Source of the DNA: Minisyncoccota bacterium
GTDB lineage: Bacteria > Patescibacteriota > Minisyncoccia > Phycocordibacterales > UBA5272
Assembly (NCBI GenBank): GCA_041651055.1
Contig: JBAZJW010000002.1
Location: forward strand, 90,980-154,979
Direction: 5' to 3'
DNA: 64,000 nt
Part shown: piece after piece, positions 1-10,128 of the stretch
How the letters are laid out: each line of letters opens with the position of its first letter
Numbering within the stretch: the first letter of the stretch is position 1
Program-made: the position numbers and the translations under genes
The notes under the pieces: generated by a model
Database searches by the model: none
The model's input: only the letters and a program-made list of their open reading frames with translations
What the model was told of the DNA's origin: nothing

Positions 1-17
1 CGAACAGGGGTATAAAT

Positions 18-725
18 ATGCTAAAGAAGGCAACTTTTGGTAATGAGAAAAACGCATTTTACGAGTTTTCTAACAAAGTGAATTGGGCCATTTTTTGGAG
101 AGAGCAGGGTGGTTGCCGAGACACCATTAAAAAGTGGGCAGAAAAGACAGGCATAGTTGATCCAGGTGCCTGGTACGAATGCCTACACGCATTCCTGTTT
201 GGACACTGGAACAGCTCGGAACCCATTCGTCGCCCCTCGAAAGTACCAATCAAGGTGGCCACCAAACACAAGTTCAGTGAATTTTTGAAGCAGGCTGCTG
301 AAAACCACCAAGAGTCACCTAAGCCAAATAGTTGGTACATAAATTACGGAATGACCAAGGATGCGTATGTGTCTGCCTTGGAAAGATCTTCCGACATCCC
401 TGAGGAACAGGCGGCCATCTCCTATTTAAATACTAAGTGTCTGAGTCTTGGACACCAACTTTTTGAGGAGTACCTGTTAACTTTGGTGCCTGTAGACGAG
501 GAGATGAAACAAACTGCTTCTAGGCTTCGCAAAAAGGCGGCTGTGTTAGAGAGAAAAGCTAGTATAGTACAATCATTTAAGAAGGGTGACAAAGTAAAGT
601 ATGTACTGCTGCAAAACAAGACACTCGAAGTGCAAGGCACCGTAGAGGGTGCTGTAATAGGGCGCGACACAAACAATGGCTCACTTTCCTACGTCGAAGA
701 CGTGTGGAATCTTGAAAGGGTGTAA
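18..725 (+). CDS. hypothetical protein, possibly head-internal
   Basis: 235-aa ORF; several K-x-A motifs; lies upstream of neck-like genes. Confidence 0.5.
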   Translation: MLKKATFGNEKNAFYEFSNKVNWAIFWREQGGCRDTIKKWAEKTGIVDPGAWYECLHAFLFGHWNSSEPIRRPSKVPIKVATKHKFSEFLKQAAENHQESPKPNSWYINYGMTKDAYVSALERSSDIPEEQAAISYLNTKCLSLGHQLFEEYLLTLVPVDEEMKQTASRLRKKAAVLERKASIVQSFKKGDKVKYVLLQNKTLEVQGTVEGAVIGRDTNNGSLSYVEDVWNLERV

Positions 726-726
726 C

Positions 727-1401
727 ATGGACAAGCATGCTGATTTCATGGAACCTCAAATAACCGACAGAAGAGAGTGGTTAGTAATTGATGGTCCTCA
801 GGGGTCTGAGTATCTGGACTTAGACGATATTGACCCAGGCGCAGCGCACAGCCTGGTACGTGCAGTAGAATTGCATGATCCTCAAAGTCCAGAAGACAGA
901 GTAGCTCTAAGTGAAAGTTTTCCGGAGCTAAAGGATTATTTTAGAAATGATAAAGTTTGGGAGGCGGAGATAATAACTGGTTATGGTGCTAGACTGTCAG
1001 CATCAGGGTACTTAGATCGCACCGAGTGGGTTGTGTTTGATACTCCAGAAGAGGCCGAAGCTTTCCTAGAAGAAATGTACGGTGACGACGATTTTGATGA
1101 AGAGGCGTGTGAGTATAAAGCCTCAAGACACATTGCCAGCAAGTTAGATAAGGAGTTTGAAAAAGCGCAACAATTGTTGAAGGATGCCAAGGTACAGTTA
1201 AGAGAGTGTGCAAAGGTATTTACATCTCTAAGTAATGATTTAGGTGTGCGAGTAGATGCTCTGGATGCAGTCACAAGACATGATGACAATATTGAAGATG
1301 GCAGTAAGTACATTAAATTGTTGGATAAACTAGATAAACTGCATGGGGAAGTAGAAATGGCAGTGGCGTACGTTGAGGCAGCTTCAGAAGCTGCAAAATA
1401 A
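727..1401 (+). CDS. hypothetical acidic protein
   Basis: ATG at 727 directly after the stop of the previous ORF, preferred over the track start at 676; coiled-coil-like C-terminus. Confidence 0.55.
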   Translation: MDKHADFMEPQITDRREWLVIDGPQGSEYLDLDDIDPGAAHSLVRAVELHDPQSPEDRVALSESFPELKDYFRNDKVWEAEIITGYGARLSASGYLDRTEWVVFDTPEEAEAFLEEMYGDDDFDEEACEYKASRHIASKLDKEFEKAQQLLKDAKVQLRECAKVFTSLSNDLGVRVDALDAVTRHDDNIEDGSKYIKLLDKLDKLHGEVEMAVAYVEAASEAAK

Positions 1402-1410
1402 GGTTGTGTA

Positions 1411-2271
1411 TTGAACGATCTGACTGAATTAGCTATTTTTCGTACAGGACAAACCGGTGTAATAACCTGGTTTGTTAAGAACCATACTACCGGTGACTTG
1501 ATAGATCTAGGATCTGGTAGTCGGTTTAGTATGATTGACATAGATAGCAATGTGGAAGTGTTGTCCGAGAATCTAGGTCCCTTGGGTGGTGCTCTTGTAA
1601 CTAGAGCTGCAGAAGGTACCTATCAGTTCTCCGTTGATACTTCTGTTTACCCTGGCAGCTACATAGCTGGTATTTACTGTGTAGTGCCTGGTGAAACTTT
1701 CAATGTAAACACTTTCTTCAAGTCCGTGTCTGCTAAACAGTTTGCTTATGCTGCACAACTGAGGATGACCGTAGATAAAGCAAACAAATCGATGGTGGAT
1801 TATATAGCTAATATGGATCGTCCTGCTGGTCCGCCCATTTTGTTGAAGTACGGGTATTCAGACGAGGCGTTAATATATTACATGGAGCGCGGTACGCAGC
1901 TAATCAATGCAGTCCCTCCTTACACCGCACTAATAGTAGATACATTTCCATTTAGTATCTTTGGTAACATATTGATTGATGCAGCTACCATAGCCACATT
2001 GGAAGCACAGGGTATTTTTGCTATTGACACTGACTTTGATTATGCCTTTGGTGGAAACAGTATGGTCATAGATCACTTTACTAAGCTAAGTGCTTTTGTG
2101 CAAAATTTGCTTGGACGATTTAAGGATGAAGTGTCTGCTTTCAAAAAGCAGTACCTTACCAAGGGTATGGTGTTATACCAATTCCTGCCTGGTGGCATTC
2201 GTGACTTGCGGTACTTGTCTGCTATGCCAGATGGATTCTGGTCAAGACTGTTCAGTGTATCATTCGGGTGA
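1411..2271 (+). CDS. putative head-tail adaptor/neck protein
   Basis: 286 aa; N-terminal beta domain plus helical domain (YSDEALIYYMERG...INAVPP); call rests on position and general resemblance. Confidence 0.45.
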   Translation: MNDLTELAIFRTGQTGVITWFVKNHTTGDLIDLGSGSRFSMIDIDSNVEVLSENLGPLGGALVTRAAEGTYQFSVDTSVYPGSYIAGIYCVVPGETFNVNTFFKSVSAKQFAYAAQLRMTVDKANKSMVDYIANMDRPAGPPILLKYGYSDEALIYYMERGTQLINAVPPYTALIVDTFPFSIFGNILIDAATIATLEAQGIFAIDTDFDYAFGGNSMVIDHFTKLSAFVQNLLGRFKDEVSAFKKQYLTKGMVLYQFLPGGIRDLRYLSAMPDGFWSRLFSVSFG

Positions 2272-2516
2272 TAAATATGGTTGAGAAGAAGACCAACAAG
2301 ACCTTTGTGACCAATGACTTTTCTATGTCAGCATATTTATTTATGCGAGGAAAACACTTGGTAAAGGCTTCGAAAGATGGGGCCACATTCAGATTTGAAT
2401 TTGTAGATGATGGAGAAATAGAATCACTGACCATGGAATACATACATTCGGAGAGTTCCAAGTTTGATGATGCAGTGCGAAAAATCAAAAAGATCATCTA
2501 TGGTACGAAAGGATAA
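2268..2516 (+). CDS. small DUF5659-like protein
   Basis: FVTNDFSMSAYL...FRFEF pattern; ATG at 2277 is an alternative start. Confidence 0.5.
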   Translation: MINMVEKKTNKTFVTNDFSMSAYLFMRGKHLVKASKDGATFRFEFVDDGEIESLTMEYIHSESSKFDDAVRKIKKIIYGTKG

Positions 2517-2521
2517 ATAAT

Positions 2522-2947
2522 ATGGCTCACAACTCGTGGGGTAATTTTCAAGTAGCTACCGTCACGGTTGAACCGGGTGGTTATGTAGATGTGTTTCCTA
2601 TACGGTCCAACACTGTTTACAAAAACGTGTCTGTTGGTGTGATACCACTAGATGATCATATCACTTACAAGCACGCTGTTGGCATTTATATGTATGAAGA
2701 GTTAGAAGAGTCACATATATATAATGACGACAGCAAACACATTTCATTTATGACATTGCCAGATAAGATCTTTCCTCCAAATGTAGGATTAAAAACAAAC
2801 CCAGAAATGGTCCGGGCTGCTTTATATGAACCTGCCTTGAACGTAATAAAGATTCGTATAGCAAATGCTGAGGCTGAGACGAGGCATTTCCAGGTGTATG
2901 GTACATTTGAATGCCTTGATACTGTCATGAAAGCTGTAGGTAAGTAA
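2522..2947 (+). CDS. hypothetical beta-rich protein, possibly virion
   Basis: 141-aa ORF in a tightly packed operon. Confidence 0.5.
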   Translation: MAHNSWGNFQVATVTVEPGGYVDVFPIRSNTVYKNVSVGVIPLDDHITYKHAVGIYMYEELEESHIYNDDSKHISFMTLPDKIFPPNVGLKTNPEMVRAALYEPALNVIKIRIANAEAETRHFQVYGTFECLDTVMKAVGK

Positions 2948-2948
2948 C

Positions 2949-3281
2949 ATGATAAATCACTATAAGTGGGGCCTGCAAGACGGACAAGCAGATCCAGACA
3001 GCGGAAGTGGTGTGCCTGCTGGTTCTGATTATGGTGCTCCAGAGGTGTTTACTGGTGCTTTAGCAGGAGATGTCACACTTACGTTTACGCGAGCCACCAA
3101 GTCTGTGACTATACACAATACGCATGATTCAGAGCACTTGGAGGCGTCTTTGGATGGTGGGTTAACTTGGATTGACTTTGGGCCGTATGGTGAGCGTACC
3201 TATGATGTTAGCATACAGCAACTTATGTTAAGACTGGTAGCTGGCAATAGTTCCTATGCTGTGGTTGGGGTGTTGTCATGA
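2949..3281 (+). CDS. small beta-sandwich protein, possibly virion decoration
   Basis: 110 aa; SVTIHN...SLDGGLTW pattern. Confidence 0.5.
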   Translation: MINHYKWGLQDGQADPDSGSGVPAGSDYGAPEVFTGALAGDVTLTFTRATKSVTIHNTHDSEHLEASLDGGLTWIDFGPYGERTYDVSIQQLMLRLVAGNSSYAVVGVLS

Positions 3282-3793
3282 AGAAGATAGCTTTTCTATT
3301 TTTGCTGGTTTTTGCTGTTGCTGCCCAAGCACAAGTAAATCAACAGGTAGATTGCCGCCTTAGAGATGCCACAAACCCAACTACTCGTGCTGCTGTGGGT
3401 GCTGCCACCGGGTCTACATTCGCAGTCTCTATCATAGGACTAACAGTAAAATCTGCTAATTATTTTTACAATGGGAGTGCCTGGGCTCCCATGATCCCTC
3501 CTTGGGGTACAGGATCCCTTTCTTCTGCAACAAATTGTGTTGCCATGGACACGGTTGGCACAGAGATTACAATTGTTCCTGGGTGGCACAAAATAAAAGC
3601 CATAAGCAACAGTGCTTGTTTGTTGTCGGGTGCAGTTGGTGTGTTAGCCTCCTTGACATGCGGAGCAGGTACGATGGGGTATCAATTAAGCGAAGGGGAA
3701 CGCTTAGAAATTTACATACCAGACGTGCGTTTGGCAGTAAAAGCACCAACTAGCGTAACCGGTGATCTCTTGTGCGTAATTCGCATATACTAA
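3278..3793 (+). CDS. protein with predicted Sec signal peptide
   Basis: MKKIAFLFLLVFAVAAQA-Q: basic n-region, hydrophobic core, A-Q-A cleavage motif. Confidence 0.6.
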   Translation: MKKIAFLFLLVFAVAAQAQVNQQVDCRLRDATNPTTRAAVGAATGSTFAVSIIGLTVKSANYFYNGSAWAPMIPPWGTGSLSSATNCVAMDTVGTEITIVPGWHKIKAISNSACLLSGAVGVLASLTCGAGTMGYQLSEGERLEIYIPDVRLAVKAPTSVTGDLLCVIRIY

Positions 3794-5889
3794 TAGCGGT
3801 CGCATATATTTTTTCTGTAAGCACATCTTTATCAGAAGATGCGGGGGAATTGTATCCGAAGTGGAGCGCCTCGTTTTCAGGATCTGATTACATAGATCCG
3901 TGTGTGGTGCGCGCCGGGGTTAAGGTATGCCCGACGTTGGACATGAACTTCGACCAGGCAGTTGCCGCGCAGGTAACCCCTGACGTGGGGCCAGCAGGGT
4001 TTGTACTGGATGTGGGGGGAACTCCTGTACGTGTGCCTGATGGAACTTACCCCGATGGATTTGATGGTTCTAGTGGTAATGCTTGGGATATGCAAGGCGG
4101 GTATCTATACAGAGCGCACGCCAGCGGTGGAAGTGCGTTCAATCCTAACACAGCATTCTCCGCTTGCGTCGTGGTTACTCCGAACACCGCCATCACAACC
4201 AACAGCAGCCTACTTGGAAAGTATGACAGCACGTTCGCCAACCGCTCCTGGATGCTGTACGCCACCGCCGCAGACGGAGGATCGGCCGCAGCACTGTTTT
4301 CTGACAACGGCACCACCGATGCTGGGCACGTAACTGTACTGACTCGCACACTCGGGTTCCGCCCGCACATGACCAGCGTGGTTTGCATCACCTGGAGGAA
4401 CGCCGGGGACGGTACCTCCCCGGCCGCGCTGTACGTCAACCGACTAGCCGTGGCTGGTACCGCCGCCGCACAGGCCCCCATCTACGCTTCCACGGCTCCG
4501 TTCTCTATTGGCTGCCAGAACGTAGGCACGTACCCCTTCCCAGGACAGATCCACAGAGTCACCTTCTGGCAGGATGTGGAGTTGACTGCTGCTGAAGTGC
4601 AGCACTACCAGGCAGGTTATTTTGGGTACTTGGACAACAACGGGGTGACCTCACCAACATTTTACACAGGACTTAGTACAGATATTCCTCCATCTATCCC
4701 TTTTGCTAAAGCAGACACTGTAATTGAACCATTTATAGGAATGGCTGGTCAGGGGTTTTCTCGTGTAGGAGAATTAGTAGAAGGGGTTGGTGGCATTGCT
4801 TGGAATGAACCAACTATAAATCTGTTACCAAACCCGTCTGCAGAATATGTAGATGAGGATCCGGAGGGGCCTGGAGGAACGTACCGTCCATTAGGTTGGG
4901 AGTTTCTCTGTAGTGACTGCGATCCTTGGCTGCAAGTATCTGACGATCATTCCGCACACGGTAGCAATGCTATGGTTATTGGTCGTGCAGACGAATTCAC
5001 TACTGGAGAGGCTTATTCAACGTGTGTCGTTGGCTCTGGTCCTAAAAATTATTATCTGGATTTTAGATCTATGACCTCGGCGCACACCACTCCTGGGGGA
5101 ACGGGGTTTTTTTCTGTATACGCAGTTAGTTGGAGCGGGGCTGCTTGCGATGGTTCAAGACTAAGCGAGCCGCTGCTTTTAACAGTAGAAGATGTGGAGG
5201 GTGCTGGTTGGGTGTGGCATCAGGATGCTTTTACAAGTCACGCAGACGCCGAAAGTATAAATCTGTGGTTTGTTTGGACTGATGGAGAGCCAGCATCCAC
5301 AATGTGGATAGATGCTGTTCAAGTTAGAGAATCAACATACCCTGTTTACGGGTTTTGCGGGCACAGTGCAACCGCTATAGCGACCTCCGTTTGCGCACAA
5401 ATCGCTCCGAGTATTGAGCCAAATCCCTTGAATATCTCTAATACAGGAATAAGCTTAAAAGTGATCCAGCCCTACAGCATCAGCGAGATTACTGGCGTAG
5501 GTTGGTATGTAATATACTCTAGAGCAACCTCCGGAGCAAACAATTTACCTAATATCCAACTTGATACTGGTGGGGGGTACATCCGTAGTACTGTTCATTC
5601 TGGAACTGCTGGGGCGACAGACTCCTGCCGAAACTTTGGTGATCCCTGGGCTAAGGATGTGCAGCACGAGATTCATTTTAGTTACACTAACAACGTTGGC
5701 GGAGATGGTTATATCTGGCATGAAGTAGACGGCACGGACTACAATAACTTTATCTGCTTTGGGGTAGGTCCTGGGCGAGGGCTGGTAAACGGGATCGGTA
5801 CAAGCCTCTGTATCGGCCACCCCTATAGTTATGCAAAAGGCTCTGGTTACGTACAAGATTTTTATGTGTACTTGAGATCTCTTCCCTGA
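3772..5889 (+). CDS. LamG/concanavalin A-like multidomain protein with a carbohydrate-binding-like domain and hydrophobic N-terminus
   Basis: LamG signature (FSACVVV, LLGKYD..RSWMLY, ALYVN, FPGQIHRVTFW..LTAAEV); NLLPNPSAE...WIDAVQV CBM-like domain; Cys-rich. Confidence 0.65.
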   Translation: MRNSHILIAVAYIFSVSTSLSEDAGELYPKWSASFSGSDYIDPCVVRAGVKVCPTLDMNFDQAVAAQVTPDVGPAGFVLDVGGTPVRVPDGTYPDGFDGSSGNAWDMQGGYLYRAHASGGSAFNPNTAFSACVVVTPNTAITTNSSLLGKYDSTFANRSWMLYATAADGGSAAALFSDNGTTDAGHVTVLTRTLGFRPHMTSVVCITWRNAGDGTSPAALYVNRLAVAGTAAAQAPIYASTAPFSIGCQNVGTYPFPGQIHRVTFWQDVELTAAEVQHYQAGYFGYLDNNGVTSPTFYTGLSTDIPPSIPFAKADTVIEPFIGMAGQGFSRVGELVEGVGGIAWNEPTINLLPNPSAEYVDEDPEGPGGTYRPLGWEFLCSDCDPWLQVSDDHSAHGSNAMVIGRADEFTTGEAYSTCVVGSGPKNYYLDFRSMTSAHTTPGGTGFFSVYAVSWSGAACDGSRLSEPLLLTVEDVEGAGWVWHQDAFTSHADAESINLWFVWTDGEPASTMWIDAVQVRESTYPVYGFCGHSATAIATSVCAQIAPSIEPNPLNISNTGISLKVIQPYSISEITGVGWYVIYSRATSGANNLPNIQLDTGGGYIRSTVHSGTAGATDSCRNFGDPWAKDVQHEIHFSYTNNVGGDGYIWHEVDGTDYNNFICFGVGPGRGLVNGIGTSLCIGHPYSYAKGSGYVQDFYVYLRSLP

Positions 5890-5902
5890 TAGGAGACAGA
5901 AG

Positions 5903-6289
5903 ATGCATACAATGCTGTTTCTGATTTGGCTTCTTGCCCAAGTAAACCCGTTTCCTGTATATGAAAGTACTACTACAGTAGCTGTTGCAGGTACTGCTAC
6001 TACAGCCTGCGTGGCTCAGAAGGTTTTGATTTATCAAAATATGACGTTTACGGTTAGGAACACAGGCGCTAATGTCCTTACCGCATGTACGGTAGAGCAA
6101 TCTGCTGATGGTATAACCTATAGTACTGTATCAGATTCGTGGACAGACTGTAGCGAACTTGCAGCGGGCGCACAAACAACGTGGTCGATAAGTGGACATA
6201 GCTTCAAGTACATTCGAGTGCGTGTCACTGCTGCTGCGGCACCCAATAATACAACCGTGTCTTGTATCATCACGGGTAATGCGGGGTAA
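5903..6289 (+). CDS. small beta-sandwich protein with hydrophobic N-terminus
   Basis: EQSADGITY...FKYIRVRVT; AGGAG ribosome-binding site upstream. Confidence 0.6.
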   Translation: MHTMLFLIWLLAQVNPFPVYESTTTVAVAGTATTACVAQKVLIYQNMTFTVRNTGANVLTACTVEQSADGITYSTVSDSWTDCSELAAGAQTTWSISGHSFKYIRVRVTAAAAPNNTTVSCIITGNAG

Positions 6290-6292
6290 ACC

Positions 6293-7972
6293 ATGCATCG
6301 TTTGCTTATTGCACTATTGCTTCCTATACTGTTGGGTGCATCCCCTCCGTCCGTTCTAGAGGGAGATACTCAAACATTTTTAGGTCCAATAAAAGTAGTG
6401 GGTGAAATTTATCGGTGGTTGGATAGCGTGTTGGGCACGGCTACTTTGGCGACGGTAGCTCCGATAACCTTATACGTAGAGACTACGGGGAACGATTCGA
6501 ATGACTGCCTCTCCGTTAGTACAGCGTGTTTAACTATACAAGAGGCCATCAATAGAATCCCTAAAAATATAGGCCACACAGTATCAATAACGGTTGGATC
6601 TGGTAATTTTGCTGGTTTTGTTGTCAGTGGTTTTATTGTAACAGACCAAAATCAATTTTCTGTTCAGGGCACACTTGGTGCCTATTCTCCTGCAACAGGG
6701 TTGCAAACAGGTGTTGCTGATGGTGCGGGGGGTAGCACCGAAAAACTAGTAGACAGTGATGGTGGATGGACCGTTAACAATCTAAAGGGGTCTCTTTTAA
6801 AGATAGGAACCGAATACAGATTTATTAGGGACAATACAGCTACAGAAATAGAGGTAGTTGGTGCATTCTCTGCTACTTGTAACGGAAAAACTTATGAAAT
6901 TGTTGAGTCTAAAACGGTGATTACTTCCAATGCATCAGTGGGTAGCGCTAGAGTCTATATTACCGCCAATGTAGCACGATCGGGTGGCATTCGAATTCTC
7001 AATTTGAAATCTTCTGGAGGGACATATGGGTTCTTTGCAGATGGGACATCTGGGACGCGTTTTCAATATCTACACGCATATGGTTTCAGTGGTGTTGGAT
7101 TTATAAATCAATTCGTAGATTATGCTACTATATTTGATATAGCCGCTTCCGCTGGTACGGGTACCTCCTACGGCATTTTTATTTCGCACTCACATATGAG
7201 TAGTGTCGGTAGGATGTTTTCATTTTCTAGTACTGGGGCCTACGGTATTAGGGCATACTCCACAAGTATAAATTCGCCGTCTTATTGGGTAGTATATGAT
7301 TTAACTGGCACATCTGTATATGGCATAGCCTTGGAAGCAATGATGAATATGGAATTAACTGGCACCAATAGGATTAAAAATATTACTGGGTCTACAAGTG
7401 TATATGGGGCCGGTTTTTATTCTGGGGCCTATTATAAGATAAGTGGAACGCTACTGATAGATACGATTACTAAAACTGGAGCTGTCGATTTAACTACTGG
7501 CATTGGCTTATATCAAGGACAACCATGTGACGTAAACCTTCACAATATTACAGTAACAAACTGTACTAGTCATGGAATTTCTGCTACAAGATCTACTAGT
7601 ATTATGCTCGTTACTGCTAGCCTTACAAATAACGATGGGTATGGTTTGCATGCCATACAAAATTCTAATATAATTTTTCGTAATGGAACGCAAACTGTTT
7701 CTGGCAATGCCTTAGGAGGAGTATATGCAGGCACTTCGGCCAAGGTTCTTTTAGACAACACAGATGGGTCAAATACTGGATATGGTATAACCGTTGAACA
7801 GGGTGCAAGAGTCACGATTGATAGCGGAACAGGGATTACGGGAACCACAAATAATATTTTGTTAGACGATGTGGAGAAAACCTATGCTGGTGATTTTGCA
7901 GTAAACAAAGACACAGAAATTGGTGTGTATGGCTCTGTTGTACAGCGTTATGATGGGCTCGACTTTATGTAG
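6293..7972 (+). CDS. right-handed beta-helix (tailspike/pectin-lyase-like) protein with predicted signal peptide
   Basis: TLYVETTGNDSNDCL..ACLTIQEAINRIP cap motif then repeated GI/YG beta-helix rungs; MHRLLIALLLPILLGA N-terminus. Confidence 0.65.
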   Translation: MHRLLIALLLPILLGASPPSVLEGDTQTFLGPIKVVGEIYRWLDSVLGTATLATVAPITLYVETTGNDSNDCLSVSTACLTIQEAINRIPKNIGHTVSITVGSGNFAGFVVSGFIVTDQNQFSVQGTLGAYSPATGLQTGVADGAGGSTEKLVDSDGGWTVNNLKGSLLKIGTEYRFIRDNTATEIEVVGAFSATCNGKTYEIVESKTVITSNASVGSARVYITANVARSGGIRILNLKSSGGTYGFFADGTSGTRFQYLHAYGFSGVGFINQFVDYATIFDIAASAGTGTSYGIFISHSHMSSVGRMFSFSSTGAYGIRAYSTSINSPSYWVVYDLTGTSVYGIALEAMMNMELTGTNRIKNITGSTSVYGAGFYSGAYYKISGTLLIDTITKTGAVDLTTGIGLYQGQPCDVNLHNITVTNCTSHGISATRSTSIMLVTASLTNNDGYGLHAIQNSNIIFRNGTQTVSGNALGGVYAGTSAKVLLDNTDGSNTGYGITVEQGARVTIDSGTGITGTTNNILLDDVEKTYAGDFAVNKDTEIGVYGSVVQRYDGLDFM

Positions 7973-8057
7973 TAATTTTCTAAGTGGTAAATTTCTCGCC
8001 GTCCCTTAAATCTTCTCTGTTACCACGCAGTATAATAATCAGCAAATAGGAGGTCCC

Positions 8058-8189
8058 ATGAACAAGCAGACTACCAAGATCCTAAACTCCGTGAAAGAGT
8101 TCATTTACAAGTACAAGATTCCTGTAATTCTTGTTGCTTTACTGGTGGTTGCATCTACCGCAATCACCTGTGCGACCTGCGGTGCTTAG
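8058..8189 (+). CDS. 43-aa membrane peptide (below ORF-track cutoff)
   Basis: AGGAGGT RBS, TATAAT upstream; MNKQTTKILNSVKEFIYKYKIPVILVALLVVASTAITCATCGA. Confidence 0.55.
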   Translation: MNKQTTKILNSVKEFIYKYKIPVILVALLVVASTAITCATCGA

Positions 8190-8194
8190 CCGCC

Positions 8195-8395
8195 GTGTAC
8201 GATTTTACACCTATGTGGACACCTAAAATTAGGCGCATAGCCGAGTGTATGCACCAACAGCGCGAGTGGTGGGTGAATCGAAGGTCTTCTAAGGAAACTG
8301 TGCCGTTCGAGGCACTACCAGAATGTGATAAATTGGCCTACAAAATGGTAGCGGAACGCATATTGAAGATCACAGAAGATGAAAAAGACTATTGA
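8195..8395 (+). CDS. hypothetical protein
   Basis: 66-aa ORF in a run of short genes. Confidence 0.45.
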   Translation: MYDFTPMWTPKIRRIAECMHQQREWWVNRRSSKETVPFEALPECDKLAYKMVAERILKITEDEKDY

Positions 8396-8518
8396 AAAGC
8401 TTTTTATTGGTGGTATGAAAGTGTTGGGCACATGCGCGTACGTGTTCTGTTGCTTGTGCGCCTATGTGGATCATAAGATTAAAGAAGGCGATAGGTTAGA
8501 GAAGCTAGGTATGCGAAA

Positions 8519-8764
8519 ATGACACGTCCCGATATAGATAAGCTAGTGCGTGATGTTTATCTGGACCCGAGCGTGCCTTCTCATGCTCTACGTGCAATAG
8601 ACACCTTCGTAAGATACATTCAGCACTTAGAACATGAACTAGATTTTACGGAACCTTATGACGCCCCTGCTAAGATAGCGAAGTTGAAGCTGGAGAAGCA
8701 GTTCGATCCCAGGAACGTGCCGGAGTTTCTAGATATCGTGAGGAAACAACATGACAAAGATTAG
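8519..8764 (+). CDS. hypothetical protein
   Basis: 81-aa ORF overlapping the next gene. Confidence 0.45.
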   Translation: MTRPDIDKLVRDVYLDPSVPSHALRAIDTFVRYIQHLEHELDFTEPYDAPAKIAKLKLEKQFDPRNVPEFLDIVRKQHDKD

Positions 8765-9212
8765 AGTATATGCAAACCAAGAAGATCTTCAACTCGTTTT
8801 TGGAGACGAACTATTTGGAATGGATATTCTTAATAACGATCCGTGGGCACTGGCGCAATTGTCCGACATCAACATCCTTTCTAATAAAGAACTTCTTGCT
8901 AGCTTTGTTGATGTGAATTTTGAAGGAGAAGGTGGCGTAGTTGTAGCGGCCATTTTCGATGCTTATGACGGCGAATCGTACGACTTTGATACAGTAGTGC
9001 ATCCTAAGTACCAGGGGCGTGGTTTAGGAACACAGCTAATTGAAATAGCTATGGATCGGTTCAAGAGTGAAATATTAGAGATGAATCCTGATGCGAAGTT
9101 ACATTTAGACGTAGTAAACCCGGGCATGGTTGATTTTCTAAAAACGAAGTATGGCCTAGAGGTAAAGGAAGAGGTTGGAAGTCACATAATTATGGGTGCT
9201 ATTCTTGAGTAA
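8751..9212 (+). CDS. GNAT-family acetyltransferase
   Basis: acetyl-CoA motif A VHPKYQGRGLGTQLI. Confidence 0.75.
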   Translation: MTKIRVYANQEDLQLVFGDELFGMDILNNDPWALAQLSDINILSNKELLASFVDVNFEGEGGVVVAAIFDAYDGESYDFDTVVHPKYQGRGLGTQLIEIAMDRFKSEILEMNPDAKLHLDVVNPGMVDFLKTKYGLEVKEEVGSHIIMGAILE

Positions 9213-9349
9213 CCTTTGCAAATTTTGTCATAAGCCGTTTACGAAAACTAGTTCTAGACAAGTATATTGTAAACGACCGGAATGCATAGCTAGAAAACGC
9301 GCACGGATGCGGTACGTAAAAAACGTGTTAGGAGTCTCGTGGGCAAGAT

Positions 9350-9787
9350 ATGAGAAAAGATAAAATAATACTGTTTCTAGACATAGATGGGGTTCTAATT
9401 TGCAAGGGTGAGGAACAGCCGCGTTTAGAGGCTGTTTCTTCTATAAACAAATTAATAAAAATTTTTGATGCATATATAGTTATAACGTCTGCTAGAAGAA
9501 TTGGAAAATCAACTGAAGAACTTCAAGAAAAAATAGAGAAATACGGTATTTTGGGTATTGTTGTAGGAAAAACAAAAGATGCACCTATTATAAATAGAAG
9601 AGGAAATGATATTTATTCTTACATAAAAGAAAATGGAGTACAAAAGTATGTTGTTGTGGATGACGTAGATCCAATTCAACTGATCCCTCCCTTAGATAAA
9701 AGTTGTGTTTTGCATGTCCCGTTAGGATTTAGGACCGGAATAACACGAGGTATGGTAGACAGATTCTTGGAGAATAGAATAATATGA
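9350..9787 (+). CDS. HAD-superfamily phosphatase (HAD_SAK_2-like)
   Basis: LFLDIDGVL, IVITSARR, YVVVDD motifs. Confidence 0.75.
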   Translation: MRKDKIILFLDIDGVLICKGEEQPRLEAVSSINKLIKIFDAYIVITSARRIGKSTEELQEKIEKYGILGIVVGKTKDAPIINRRGNDIYSYIKENGVQKYVVVDDVDPIQLIPPLDKSCVLHVPLGFRTGITRGMVDRFLENRII

Positions 9788-10128
9788 CTTCCATTAACCA
9801 TGATCGCACAATACGTATGTTGTATGGTGAGTGTTCTGGGATTGAAGAGTTGGATTGCACTTATTGTGTGTGTACGGTATGTGGATCCTCATATATAGAG
9901 GTGTTCCCTAAGCACGCGTTAGATATCAGCAAAATGAAGAAGCTTACTATTGACCAAGCAAAAAATTTGGGTTTATATGAAGGCGCATATAAGGAGCACC
10001 TTCTGTGTGAAACGTGCCAACAAAAACGAATAAAACACGAGGATATTTTACAGATACTTAGTTTTGTGTTTTGTGTCTTGTCGGTGATTGCATTGACAGT
10101 ACTATTCTCTGTTGGAGGAATTCCTTGA
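9784..10128 (+). CDS. hypothetical Zn-binding protein with C-terminal membrane helix
   Basis: CxxC pairs and hydrophobic tail. Confidence 0.5.
   Translation: MTSINHDRTIRMLYGECSGIEELDCTYCVCTVCGSSYIEVFPKHALDISKMKKLTIDQAKNLGLYEGAYKEHLLCETCQQKRIKHEDILQILSFVFCVLSVIALTVLFSVGGIP

Noticed and set aside
11-18. TATAAATA as a T4-type late promoter
   Set aside because: Other TAAATA hits before structural genes mostly coincide with stop codons and AT-rich spacers; no consistent motif established
9350-9787. HAD phosphatase as partner for processing the half tRNA
   Set aside because: The family is linked to RNA repair, but it is 38 kb away, common in phages, and no RNA ligase is in the window
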